From Selaginella moellendorffii (lineage: Eukaryota; Plantae; Lycopodiophyta): a stretch of 64,000 nucleotides of DNA. The DNA is taken from contig NW_003314268.1 of assembly GCF_000143415.4 (NCBI RefSeq), forward strand, positions 139,117-203,116, read 5' to 3'. A program made the translations under genes and the position numbers. This document shows, one piece after another, positions 1 to 13,077 of the stretch. Position 1 is the stretch's first letter. Every line of letters begins with the position of its first letter. The notes beneath the pieces were generated by a model. That model did no database searches. It was not told where the DNA came from and was given only the letters and a program-made list of their open reading frames with translations.

Positions 1-1457
1 ACGCTATGTTACGCCCTTTCTCAAACTCCTTTTCCTTCTTCCTCTCTTCTCATATTTTTCATAAGCCTATTGTTCTAGCATTTGTGGATTTTTTGGACAA
101 AGATTCTATACCATCAACAGTTGCTCTAATTGATGTTTAGTGTCCACAAGATAAGGAGCAGGGTTTACCTTCTCTTAATGAGGTTTATGAGGCTCACAAG
201 GTTGAGTTGTGGATCCAAAAACTTCACAACAAGTTTGAGAATCTTACATCACTTGCTGATGACTTATCATTTCGGCATTTACATTTTTAATATCACCTTG
301 AGGACAAACTTCTTTATTTTGTGGGGATAAATCTTGATGATCATTTACACTTGGTGGTGTTTTGATCTTTATCCACACTTTTCCATGTCTACCATAATTC
401 TTTTATTCTAGGTGGGCATATAAGATATTGTTGTATGACTAAGAGTTGTAGAAGTTTTTTTACTGGTTGGAGATGTGACATGATATTATTTAGTATGTAT
501 ATAGCTGTGTTTGGTGCTAAGTTCATAATACTCCCCTTCGTGCTGTGGAAGGATGGTTGGATTTCATTGCAATTTCCTACTCTCCTCACATTTTGCCCTT
601 CGGGTTGACCCAACTAGAGCATAAAAAAATAACCTTATATTTAGAAGCATTATTGTGAGTCTTGAGATTTAGAAACAGGAAGAAATGGCAATTGTCATCA
701 CATAGGGAGTTAGCACTCAAATCCTATCCTTATCTGTTTTGTACTTTAGCCTTCTATTATCAATGCATGTCCACATACTTAACATCCAGAGTACTCAAAC
801 AATGCCAAGCCTATCCTTGCTTATAACTTTAACAAAGGCCTTCTTAGGGATCAAAGGACTTGAGTCACTTTGGTTTTTAACTCTTTGTGTGTTTGTTTAT
901 GTCTAGCTATAGCAAAGTGTAAAATCAAAAGAAGCAAACATCCACTCCACTCTTCTTTTTCTTTTTTCATTCTTATTCTTTGTTTCTTTCTTTTTTTTGC
1001 CCTACAAACTTTTAACCAAGTGTTTCCATTTGCAACCATGGTAGGATAGGAGGTATTATAAGATTCCCATTGATTAGTAGCTATTTAAAATATAATATAC
1101 CTTTGAAAAAGGTATATTCCTACCTCTAAATTTGAAATTGTACATATTAAGCATCCATGCATATGTCCTTCATCTTGGTGGAACATCCACAAACGAAAGT
1201 ATCCACCATGGGACTGCAATACGAGTGGATGATTAGTTGCCTCACATGGAACAGCTAATTTATACAATAAAAGGATTGGTAGATTTAGTGTGAAAATGAA
1301 GGTGCTAATTCCCTTGGTTCAATAGGGGTTGTTAATCAATAGTCAATGAAGGATTGGTAGATTTAGTGTGGAAATGAAGGTGCTAATTCCCTTGGCTCAA
1401 TAGGGGTTGTTAATCAATAGCCAATAAGGACATTGACATCTTCGAAGGAGGGGTGAG
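1..1457 (+). mobile_element. 3' non-coding region of a Gypsy-family LTR retrotransposon ending in a polypurine tract
   Basis: About 690-1040 is homologous to about 30720-31060, the 3' region of the large + strand Gypsy. Purine tract GAAGGAGGGGGTGAG lies immediately before TGTAGCAC at 1458 (PPT followed by an LTR start). Confidence 0.6.
1271..1426. repeat. Tandem duplication, 78-bp unit x2
   Basis: AAGGATTGGTAGATTTAGTGTG...GTTAATCAATAG starts at 1271 and again at 1349. Confidence 0.9.
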
Positions 1458-1542
1458 TGTAGCACATATGATTATGGGATGAGATTTATATATATTGTCA
1501 CCGTGAATCCTTAGAACCTTGGGGGATAAATGGGGATAAAAT

Positions 1543-1737
1543 TATAAACAACCAAAGAGAACAATTTGAGAGACAATTCATAGGGGTTAAAATATAAAGG
1601 GAAAGGGCCCATGAACAAAAGTGCACCCCCTTTTTCAATCGGTTAAGGGTCTTGGGATACTTGGGGTTAAACATTCTTGGGCTTGAATAATACTGGGTTG
1701 GGTGACCTTCCAGGGAGTCTAAACTCAGAAACTTACA
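1543..1737 (+). mobile_element. Solo LTR of Cassandra-type TRIM (5S-containing), degenerate
   Basis: 195 bp, reverse-complement homolog of the LTRs at 5553/6049. Ends in CTTACA and is flanked by AAAAT on both sides (5-bp TSD). Confidence 0.85.
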
Positions 1738-4700
1738 AAAATAGCCACTAAGGGCTCTCTTATCAAGCAATTGTTACTTTTTCAATTGGCTTAAGGAGAG
1801 AGAGATAAGATGTGGTATATTAAAAATGAAAAAGAGGTCAATAAAGAAGTCAATAAAAAGGAAAAATAAGAAGAATGGGAATATGCACAAAGAAAACAAT
1901 ATTTGGTTTGACCATTTTGTAAGAGCCCAAAGCCTAAACTGGATTTATTGAGGTTATATTTTCTTCCACACTTTCATTAATTTCTTAGAAACATATAAAC
2001 AAGAAAATAAGATTTTATACCAATCATATTAGTTTTCATTAACAAACTTTCCCAAGTGTTAGCTACAATTGAAATCAGGATTATCAAACTATGAATTTAT
2101 CAAGTTATTGCTGGAAAAAATAATTTTAACACTCAAGAAAATATAATGATACTACTTCAACTACAACAAGGACCAATCAACGATATACTTCCAATAACAA
2201 CATTTACTTAAGTTCACAATTATGCATATCGAAGCATAACAATGTGCATCCATAAAACTAAAGACTGTTAATTAAGCCATTAACATACACTAACAAAAAA
2301 TCTTAAAACTACAAGATTTGTGACAAATAAACAACCCCAACTTTATCTTCCACTACATTTAAGAATTTTACCACACTTGGAAGCTCAATCATAGCAAACA
2401 AAAATATAAATTTCAGAACAACCATTATGTTTATAAGTACAAGACCAATCTCAAATTCAAGTTTATACACAAATTTAAAGAGCTCAACTGCAAAATTTGA
2501 TTGGAGCACCAAAATTCTAATTGCAATCACTTAGATCAACATAGAATATATCAGCTCTCAAGTTTTTGATAAATCTAATGCATTAACATTAATGCAATAA
2601 CTCCAATTTGACTTATCACTAAAATTCTAGTGATTAAACTACAAAACTAATACACATCATCATCAAAATAATCCTAAAAGAAGTTTGAGAAATCATTGAA
2701 GCTTCACAACAATAAACTCAAAAAATACAAAACCATCAAGGACAATAATACAACAAAATTAAAAAAAGAAGACACAAAAATGAATTAATCACAAATATGA
2801 TATTTTTCATCTTTGAAGGCAGGATACAAAAAGATTCTTGAGGGCATTTTGATTTTGTTTATTATGGACTAAGTTGAAGATTCTTTTTTGAATCTCAAAA
2901 GGCAAATTCTTAGAAAACCACACAAGTCCACTATAAGTCCAAAAATCATTATCCACTATAAAAAATTGGTAGGAAAACAAGACAAAATAAAGGTTTACAT
3001 ATGGAGATTTATTCTCACCTTTTTTGGTTTTTCCATATCTATTTAGATCAAGAATACATTTGCTAAAGAGAAAAAATATAACAACATACAAAAAATGAAG
3101 TCAACTAAATCTAGGAAAGATTACTAACCTTTTTACTTCAAGAAATCAAGAAAATCATTAAACAAGAATTCTTTCAAGGAAACATCATACTTGTAGATGC
3201 ACCCATACACGAATTAGCTAGTGAAGAAATACAAAATGGAACTTGAGTGAAAGAACAATGAATACACCCACAAATATTCAAGGTTTTAGCTAAAATAATT
3301 TGTTAGAACCCATATGTCGATATATGGACAACTCGAAGATAGAAGAATACAAGAATCAAAGATTTTAAAAATTGTTTTAATATTAATATTGAAGATAACA
3401 AACTTCAAATATAACTACCACTTAGCTCAGATTTTTCAAATATCACCATTAACTAAAAAGCGTGGACCCTCATAATGAGGACACAAAAGATAAGATACAA
3501 CATAATTAGAGGTAGGCCACAAACACTTTTCAAAAATTTAACACAACAAAGTCTTATAAAAGAGTAGTTATAGTGTTCGATCATAAAGTTGGTGAGTAGC
3601 AACCTTGAGTAGCTACATATGAAAATTCAAATACTCTACAAGGCACTATAAAAATTTAGTAGCCAAGTAACGTAAATATGTTTAGTATGTATAAAGTACA
3701 AAGAAGATTTATTAACAAATGGTTGTAATGGGAAGTGCCGATGAAGATTCTAAAGTTGACATGACAATCAAAAAAATTTCTGAGAAGATCAAAAAGCTCG
3801 AGAAATAACTTTAAAATTTTTCAAAAACCAAATTCTCAAGAAACAAAAACTCATCTGACAATGAAGAAAAAGTACAATCTTGAATACAACAAAAAGAACA
3901 AAAAGCAAGACCTTACCAAAATATTCAAGAAAGTCACAATCAAGAATAAACTCATGATGTACAAAATGCAAGAATGAAGAACATGTCATAAAAAAATGTA
4001 AGTTATAAATTCTTAAATGTTAATTTTGTGAAAGAGAAGGACATACTATAAAACTATCAATATTAAAAAGTTGTAAAAGTCACACAAGTCAAGAATACAT
4101 CTTAAACTTTTCTACTAAATCAAAAATAGTACAATAATCCTCAACAAATTCAACAACAATGGCAATTAACTATTTGAATCAAGATAATTATAATTATAAC
4201 TCACGATACCAGAGAAGCTACAACTACGATTACTAAAATAACCAAAAACCACCAACTTACTAATAGATTTATAAACAACTTTATCAAGAAAATCAATAAT
4301 GAAAACTATTTCCACGATAGAACAACTATTAGCAACAATACCAAAATAATTGAAAATGGAGACCTTTTCAACAATCAAATTATTAACAATAGCCACATTA
4401 TTATGAACAACAACCTCAAGTATATCCTTGAAAATACTATCAACAATAACCTCAGATTTAGGATTTTTGACCTCAATATCAACAACAACAACATCAAGGA
4501 AATTAACCAATTCAGAACACTTAACAAAATCAAAGACCTCCACCAACAATAAGGAAAGTCGCTATAAAACCAGTTGAAAAAGAGTAATATGAAGATGAAT
4601 TAAAAACCCAAGTTTTCATATGAACTCAAAAGTAGCATGTGAATCATCAAGAAAAAGTCTTTGACAATGAAATTGAAAAACAGAAAAGTCAAGACTAAAT

Positions 4701-5552
4701 ACAAGAAATTTCAAGATAATGGAAAGAGGTTAAAAAGCTTGTTAACACAGTGTAGCAAGACCTTCAACAACAAGAACCTAAAATAGATGATGATCAAGAA
4801 ATCACAATTCAAAACATGAGAAAACATTAGAAATAACTATAGTTCATAAACAAAATTCTCCAATAAGGGATCACACTTACCCTTCAAGAATTTTTGCATA
4901 TTGCCCCATACTTGAAGAAACATCTACTTAAAATTTATTAAGTATCAAACAAACACAATCAGCTCAAGTAAAGAAAAAGACTAACAACACTTCAATTCAC
5001 AAATTGGTCATTCAACCTAGTGATTTTGATGAAAATGTGCCATACATACCAATTCAAATAGGAAAGAATAAAATTCTTCAAGAAATCATTGATGGCAGTG
5101 TAAGTGTCAACATTATTGAATACTTAATATGCAAAATGATGGGTCTTGGACTAATTCAACTAACACCCTTTAACGTCAAAATGGCTGACAATAAAAGCGT
5201 ACAACCATTTAGAATCATTTGCAATATCCCAATTAAGATTAATAATCAAAATTTCAAAGTGATTTTCACCATACTCAAGATGGCTAAAGAACATTGTTCC
5301 TACAAAGTATTTCTTAGACAAATTTAGGCTCAAGATAGCTGATGTTGTCACATACTGGTGGAAGAACACAATTGCCTTTGAAGAGCATCAAAAAGCCTCT
5401 CAAATCTTCACAAGTACAACAAAGAAAATTCCAAAACAATTCCTACCAACTATTACTTAACACTATAATTGTAATGAAAGCCTCAACAACTATGAAGAAG
5501 CACAAAGCCCGAAGACATACCTAAAATTGAAGTCTTTTGTTGAAGTGGATCT

Positions 5553-6243
5553 TGTAAGCTCTTGAATTTGGACTTCCCGGGAGGTCACCCAGCCCAGTAC
5601 TATTCAAACCCAAGGACGCTTAACCCCAAGTATCCCAAGACCCTTAACCGATTGGAAAAGGGGGTGCACTCTTGTTCATGGGCCCTTTCCCTCTATATTT
5701 GAACCCCAACAGATCGTCTCTCGAGTCGTTCTCTTTGGTTGCTTACAATCCACCACGCTTCCCTGCAAGTTCACGCCCTTGTGAACAGAAGCTGAGAGCC
5801 GCAGCTCTCCCGAGAGCCCTGCTCTCTTGACACCCTACCCCTCGGGTCGAGCCCAGCGGGAGCAAATTGGACCAGCCAGATGTCAATCAACATGTGGTGT
5901 GATTCTCCTGGTTGGCTCTCTTGACACCCTACCCCTCGGGTCGAGCCCAGCGGGAGCAAATTGGACCAGCCAGATGTCAATCAACATGTGGTGTGATTCT
6001 CCTAGCCAACCAATAGAGTCGGACCCGAAACCTGTCTCTAATACCAAATGTAAGCTCCTGAATTTAGACTTCCCGGGAGGTCATCCAGCCCAGTACTATT
6101 CAAACCCAAGGACGCTTAACCCCAAGTATCCCAAGACCCTTAACCGATTGGAAAAGGAGGTGCACTCTTGTTCATAGGCCCTTTCCCTCTATATTTGAAC
6201 CCCAACGGATCGTCTCTCGAGTCGTTCCCTTTGGTTGCTTACA
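5553..6243 (-). mobile_element. Complete Cassandra-type TRIM retrotransposon with 5S rRNA-derived LTRs
   Basis: Two 195-bp LTRs (5553-5747, 6049-6243) with TGTAAGC...GCTTACA ends and a 5-bp TSD GATCT. Met-tRNA-like PBS TGGTATTAGAG and PPT GGGAAGCGTGGTGGAT on the - strand. LTR segment 5570-5624 matches the 5S rRNA A-box/IE/C-box region. Confidence 0.93.
5821..6003. repeat. Tandem duplication, 94-bp unit, inside the TRIM internal domain
   Basis: GCTCTCTTGACACCCTACCCCTCGGG... starts at 5821 and at 5915. Confidence 0.92.
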
Positions 6244-8091
6244 GATCTTAACTAAGTTATTTCAAAGCTTAACTCAATTTGCTCAATGAAACTTGAAACT
6301 TAAGAAACTCAACTCAAAGGAAAAACTCTTGACTCGAGAAGATTCGACACTCAAGACTACACCAACAAAGATCAAGGATAGCACGATCAACTAGGAATCA
6401 TACTTGAGCAACTCTAAATTAAAAAACAAAACAACCTCAAGGAAGAACCAACTCTTCAACAAGAAGGATCTCAATTCAAGCTAATTCTCAATCTTGAAGA
6501 ATCAACTGAAGAAATCAATTTAGAAACTGAAGATGAACTATAGAAGCTTTATATTGCTAAAGATCTAAATCACACTTTTAGAGATAGATCAATTGACATT
6601 CTAGCAAGGTACAAAGATGTTTTCGTTTGGTCTTACACAAATTTGTAAGGAATCCCTTCTGCAATCTACATGCATCAGATCAAACTTCTTCTTCAGACTA
6701 TACCACATAAACAATCAATATACTGAATAAACCCCAATATGCAACTCAAAGTTAAAGAAGAACTCGACAAACTCAAGTAGGTCGGTTTCATCTACCCAAT
6801 CTAGAATCTAGAAAGGGTATCACCACTAGTCATTGTTTATAAGAAGAGTGACAATCTTAGGATCTTTGTCAACTACAAAAGCTCAATGGTGCCGCATAAA
6901 AAGACATGTTTTTTATTCCTTTCTTTGATGAGATTCTTGATGTAGTTATAAGACACAAAATGTACTCATTCCTCAATGACTTCTTAGGATATCTATGTAT
7001 ACCATTTGGTATTTTTAATGCACCATTTATTTTCCAGAGAATTATTACTGACACTTTTAGAGAATACTTCACCGAATTTATATGAGTTTTTATGGATAAC
7101 TTCAGTATTTTTAGCAATAAAGAACACCATCTTTACTGTCTCAAGAAATTCTTCAAGATGTTGAGAAAACAACATTGCTTTGAATCCTAATAAATGCATT
7201 TTTTTCGTCAAGTCTGAGTTTTACTTGGACACATTATTTATAAAGAAGACATCCTCATCAACAAAGACAAAACTGTTTCTATCACCAATATATAACATTT
7301 AATAAACATAACCAAACTTTGAACTTTCCTTGGCAAAATGGGATACCACTGATGATTCATCAGAGACTATGTAAAAATCATCAAACCACTCATTGAACTC
7401 CTAAAAAAGAAATAAGTTTCCAAATGAACTCATGAATGTCAAGAAGCTTTCAACACACTCAAGAATTCACTAATAAGAGCTCCAATATTTATTCAACTAA
7501 ACTGGAGTAAAGACTTCAATATTCAAGTTGATACTTCCAACTATGCAATTGGAGCAATTCTTTAACAACAATAAGAAGATCGTAAAAATCAACTAATCTA
7601 CTATATCTTATAATTCCTCTCGAACCATTTTAACAATGGGGACTCAACTTTGTAGAACCACTTGCAACAAGTTCTAAGCAAAACAAGTACATCCTCATAA
7701 TTACTGACTACATGATAATGTGAGTTGAAGCTCAACTAGTGAAGATTACAATAGCAAAAATACAACAACATTCTACAAAAACATCATCACAAGGTATAGT
7801 TACCTCAAGAACTTGTTAATTATCAAGAAACACACTTCATCTATGAGACCATTAATATTCTAACTCAAAGGTTCATAATCAAGCATAAAGCTTCAACACC
7901 ATACTATCCTCAAGGAAATAATCAAGTTGAATATATAAACAAGGCCCTCAAGAATATACTCAAGAAGATCATGAAGACAAATAAAAAAGATTAGAATGAT
8001 CACATTCATAATGCCCTATGGGCATATCGAATTTCTTACAAGGTTTTAACAAATTCAACATTATTCAAGCTCATTTATAACTTAGAAACCT

Positions 8092-8989
8092 TGTGTCGTA
8101 AATGTGACTTCAGGTATCGAAAGTTATCTGTCGGCTAATCCTTTCGGATATTCTTTCTTTACTGCCACGATGGCAAGAGGTCAGTATTGCTGAACCCTTT
8201 ATTAGTTCCTCTTGTGCTAGTGGAGTTAACTGGGCATTTCAAGTGTACTTAGACCGAATGAGTATAAAGACGGAATTCCTATGTGCTATTAGCTATGCAT
8301 ATTTAGCCAGTAAGGAATTCCTATCTCATTGTGTCTTGCACTAGCTAGTGATAAAAACTTTTGTGTATTGAGATTAGTCCTTCAATATTGTTAGATGATA
8401 ACTTACCGTGTTTGCCAAACACTTTTGCTATCATGCCCTTTGTGTTAGTCTCATTCCGGTCCCAAATGTATAGTAGAGATAATGGGTAGGTCAAGCATGG
8501 CCGACCAACTTAAAGTATAGTCTAGCTCTTGCTTGCGTGTCTGTCTTTGTTCTGCATTTGCCTTGGGTCTAAACCTAAGCTCTATACCATGCTAGTTGGT
8601 GGAGTACCCATATCCTCACGTTAAGCCACCAGTATGCTGAAATAACACTAAAATTAGTTTGACTTTGTTTTGCATATTGGTCCTAACATTAGGATGTTGG
8701 ATACTCTAGGACTGTTCCAAATTACTCCGTCCTCCTGTCTCTTTGCTCCTTGGGCTGTATGTTCAGAAGTTGCTCTGTGGTTCGGTTCCGTCGCTCTTTA
8801 GCTCTATACTTAGGAGTTTAGCTCCGTACCTTCGTTCAATGGACCAAGGACATGAAACTCAAGTTCCGCACCATTGTCCTTTAGACACATGACATGTGAT
8901 ATGTGGCACATAGAGGGTTTAGGTTTTGCTTCATGATTATCCTATGGTAAATCACCATAGGATAAAGGGTAAAAACCATGTGTGCTACA
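8092..8989 (-). mobile_element. Probable LTR-derived insertion interrupting the integrase of element A
   Basis: Composition shift; TG...CA ends; the right end is the reverse complement of TGTAGCACA (cf. 1458); integrase-like sequence resumes at about 9000. No TSD found. Confidence 0.45.
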
Positions 8990-11525
8990 AATGTATCAAG
9001 GTGTAGCAACTATGAGATTAACCAAGAAGAATCAGTCAAAAGAAGACTAGAAATACTAGAAAAGCTTGATGAAGAATGACTACAAGCAATTTAGACACTT
9101 GAAGCCATTCAAATTAAAAGAAAAGCCAACCACAATAAAAAAAGATGACTCAAGAAAAATGAAGAATTCAATATTGGAGATCAAACTCTATGGTTTTGAG
9201 GAAATATAAAGAAAATCAACTCAAAACAAAATCAAGATAAGAAGGTCCATTCCTTATCCAATAATTCAAAGTTTTAGGAATAGTAGTAATTATAACACTT
9301 GATGACAAATATCTCTAAACTGTCAACCTTAACAAGCTCAAGAAATACTGATCGATTGACATCAATTTTATCAATAATGATCTAGGAAAAAATATTACAA
9401 CTTCGAAATTCAAGAATCCAACACTAAAGAAAATCACAAGTATGACACTCAACAATTCAAGAACTTACAATACAAAATTAAGCCTTTAATAAAAAGATAA
9501 ATCAACTTAGGAAATCTCATAAAATCAAGTTCAAAAAATCAAGCTCAAGAACCAAACTCAAGAAATCAACTCAAAGAAAAACTTCAAAGATCAAACATAA
9601 GAAGACAACTCCATAAAGATTCTCAAAAATCAAGTTTGAAAACTCAACTTAAATTTTTTTTTCAAACTCTAAGTTTAACAAATCAAGAAAGATACCACTA
9701 CAATCGATAATCATCACAATCCACTAAGATTCAACAGCAAATGTGCATAAGATCAAGAGAAAACAAGCTCCAACAATAAAACAATATCAAAAAAGAGAAA
9801 CTTCAAGCTAGAGAATCAAACCCAAACCATTTAACACTTAAGTCAAATTTGGAGAAAGGGTGAAATCCATAACCTTAATGCTTTTGGCTACAGTATTGCA
9901 TACTAAGATCGAGAAAATGAAATGGGAAGCAGGCCATGCAAACTCGTGGCATCACCAAGGAGTTCATCTTCAAACCCAAAGTACTCAAAACAATCAAGGT
10001 GAGTCTCCTTTCGCCTTGCAATCCTACATAGCTACATGAAGTCAGGCTTTATAAATGCTCAAAGATCATGGAGAAGCCATACAATATAATGTCACCAAGA
10101 AACTTTTCCTAGCATAGAAGAAAGACTTTGTCCACACCTACGATTACGAGTTTGTCTTGAGTGCCAAGTACTTCGAGTGGGCATTCAAATTTCCCATTAG
10201 TGGAGAGCGAATGACATCAATTCCATGCACGAAAGGGATTCCATTGAAGTGTATCAAGGTACTTGAGAATTACAACAATGGAAATTCTTTGCAAATGAGT
10301 AACATGATTGACAAAGCCAAGCTATGACTCAAGTTTTTGATCTCCATACTAGAGATGCACAAGTATATGACTTCCGTCAGCAAAGCAATCATGATTCTCT
10401 ATGACAACTTGCAGTAGAAGACATAAGTCGACATTGTGAGCTACCTCCATGACAAGCTCATCAAGGAACTCTATATCATGATGATGATGATCCAAAATGG
10501 CCTCAAATATGAAATGCTTGCACTTCCCTACATTGCAGCACTCATCTTGAAGTTCAACATTGCCATTCCACTACAAATCAAAGAGATAGCAATAGATGAT
10601 AGCAACAAAAGACCGAGCAAAGCCACAAACACGAAGACATCACAAACATGAAGAAAAATGGAATGCACTTCAAAAAGATGAGAAGATTTCATCCTCCTCT
10701 ACAATGATGATGAAGATGATGAAGCAAGTGAAGAAAAAGATGAAGAAGAAGAGTTATCACCAACACAAACTCCACTAGCAAAGAGAAAAAGAGCATCAGC
10801 TGAGAAACATTATCCACGCACAAGGCCAAGGCAACATCTACATGTAAGAGCATAAAAGCTGTCAAGGGAACAACCAACAACAAAGATCACAAAGCTCAAG
10901 GCAAGGAAATTTAAGAGAAGACTAGAACAAGACATTGAGCATGTAACCACCTTGCTAGATGATGCCAAGAATGAGATACGTTCAAGAGGTTCCAAACTTA
11001 TAGTCGTCATAACTAGAGGAGTGTAACGTGAACATGAACAGGAGTAGCCTCCAGCATCACTATTGCATGCAGCAACACCAACACAACCAGCTCTTGACAC
11101 CAACATACATGCGCCATCATCGTGAACACCACAGTCAAGAGTGTCTCAAGCAAGGAGCCTGAGCTTCCATATGGTATTTTAAGCTTAGCATTTCTCCAAT
11201 TTATGGATGAAATGCAGTGTCTCTAGCCAACACCACAAATGCTGATACCAATAGATTTTGTGAGGCTTTTTCATGACTAGTAGTGTTTTCATGCTAGATG
11301 GAGTCTAGGCTATAATCAACACCATTGTCTACCAGCCCCTCTACAGGAAGCTCACAAAGATCCAAAGCAACATTTTCCAGCTCAAGAGGAGCATTCAAGG
11401 TATGACTTTCCAAGGATTTGTATGCATAGAGTTTCAATGCATGAATGAGGAACTCTCTAAGGAAAATGCAAAGTTTCACAACAAGATCCAATAGCTCAAG
11501 GTGAAGCAACTATCCATTCTCATGG

Positions 11526-11711
11526 TGTTGGGGCAAGGAGGGGCACCTCCCCAAACGCTTGCTCAAACACGAGAAATGCTTCAATGCTCTTCACAAAAAT
11601 GCCCCCCCTTGCCCTTATGGGGCAAGGGTTTTATACAAGGAAGATGGGGAATATTCCAAGGACCAAAATATTCCCTCTCTCTCTCACTTTCTTGGTGGCC
11701 ACGCCCTAACA
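11526..11711 (-). mobile_element. 3' LTR of nested element B
   Basis: TGTTGGGG...CCCTAACA ends; homologous to 30280-30457; left flank is ATGG. Confidence 0.8.
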
Positions 11712-12195
11712 TGCGACCATGGTGGATTGCATTGGCTCCAGATGTGCAAGAACCTGCCGAAGAGTTTAGAGTGTACCTCTGCTATTGATGCCAAGTGCTA
11801 GTAGCTGCGTGAAATAGTAGAAACTCTAGAAAACAAAGTGGAAAAGAAAGAAAAGAGGTAGGTGTGAAGTTTGGAGAGAGGGAGGAAAACCCGGTGGGAA
11901 ACCCTGTAGTCAAACTGAACTCTGAAGTTTAAGAAAAAGTGCAAAAAAAGTGTGAATAGAGGAGGAAAATAGAGGAAAAAGAGTGAGTACCCAAAGAATT
12001 TAACCTGTACTTAGATTTTGGCTCAGGAAAGTGTAATATGCAAATGCAGCCTCTTGATAACTTCCAGTATGCTCCAAGGATTGGCCAAAATCAATAAAGA
12101 AAGAGAGGTAAAAGAGGGGTGTAGAAATGATGCAAGATGGAGTGATATGGTGGAACGCTGAGATGGTGGTGGCACTCTAAAAAGGTGGCCATCTC

Positions 12196-12327
12196 CGTAG
12201 AATAAGTGCTGACATCTCGGAGTAGCCGGTAACTGGTAATTAGTAACTAGTAACGAGTAACTAGGAACTTGTAACCTGTAACTGGTAACCACCTGCTCTC
12301 GCTCCTACTCCTGCGCCTGTTCCAGCA
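12196..12327. repeat. Dispersed repeat with 7-bp (GGTAACT-like) tandem units, LTR-associated
   Basis: Near-identical to 29402-29531. Confidence 0.8.
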
Positions 12328-13077
12328 CCAATATGGTGGAGTGATATGGTGGAGTGCCGAGATGGTGGTGCCACTCTAAAAAGGTGGCCATTTCTGAAAT
12401 AAGAGTAACTGAAGAAGGTAGCAGCTGAAAAGGACGGTATGGTTGCTGGGTTGCTGATAAAGGGAGGTGGCATGTGTCCACTGAGTGCTGGAGCAAAAGA
12501 AAGTGGCTTCAACTTCTATAGCCTCGCTTAAAGATCCACCTAGGTGCCTTGAGTGAACAGGCTCACCTAGTTGGAAGAAAGTCGCTCCAAAAAAGCTAGT
12601 GCGTCGTCGGCAAATGGTTGTAAGGATATCTCGGAAACAGCACATCCAAATGAGGTGGTGTCTTTTGCTGCTAGTTTACATATGTGTGTTCGTGCTATAG
12701 TGTAAATGTGACCTCAAATGGAGATGTGAATGATGGTGAAAGAATGAAAGATGCAAGACGGGCATCCAAAGATAAATGCAAGCAACACTGCTGGAAGTGA
12801 TTGGTGATGGAACTATGAGTGTAGATGATATGGAATGAGTTAGGGGAATGTGTGGGGTGTAGTAATGGTAAGGGAAGGGCCAAAGAACCTGAAACATAGA
12901 CCGAGCCAAGCAAGGAACCTCCATACAAATGGCAATGCAGCTTGAGCACAAAATCCAAGGCATGGCTATGGTCCAATGGGAAACACTATTTGAAAGTAAG
13001 AAAAGGAGTTATGAAAGTAAAGTGAAAGAAAAGAAGAAAAAGAAAAAGAAAAAGAAAAAGAAAAGAAGAGGAACACC

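Larger units (their letters stand above)
1900..11525 (+). mobile_element. Highly degenerate Ty3/Gypsy LTR retrotransposon (element A): gag, protease, RT, RNase H, integrase, extra 3' ORF; continues at 30458
   Basis: Relict CCHC knuckles at about 3955-4060; aspartic protease-like ORF 5004-5327 (IIDGSVSVNII); RT relics at about 6550-7250 (FMDN at the YxDD position); RNase H at about 7400-7600; integrase WGLNFVEP at about 7636 and PYYPQGN at about 7900; many stops. Left boundary approximate. Confidence 0.85.

Noticed and set aside
5570-5624. 5S rRNA gene
   Set aside because: Only the internal ~55 nt match and it lies inside a TRIM LTR, so it is not a full rRNA gene.
12225-12290. CRISPR-like or telomeric array
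   Set aside because: Degenerate 7-bp tandem units without spacers, associated with an LTR; the host is eukaryotic.
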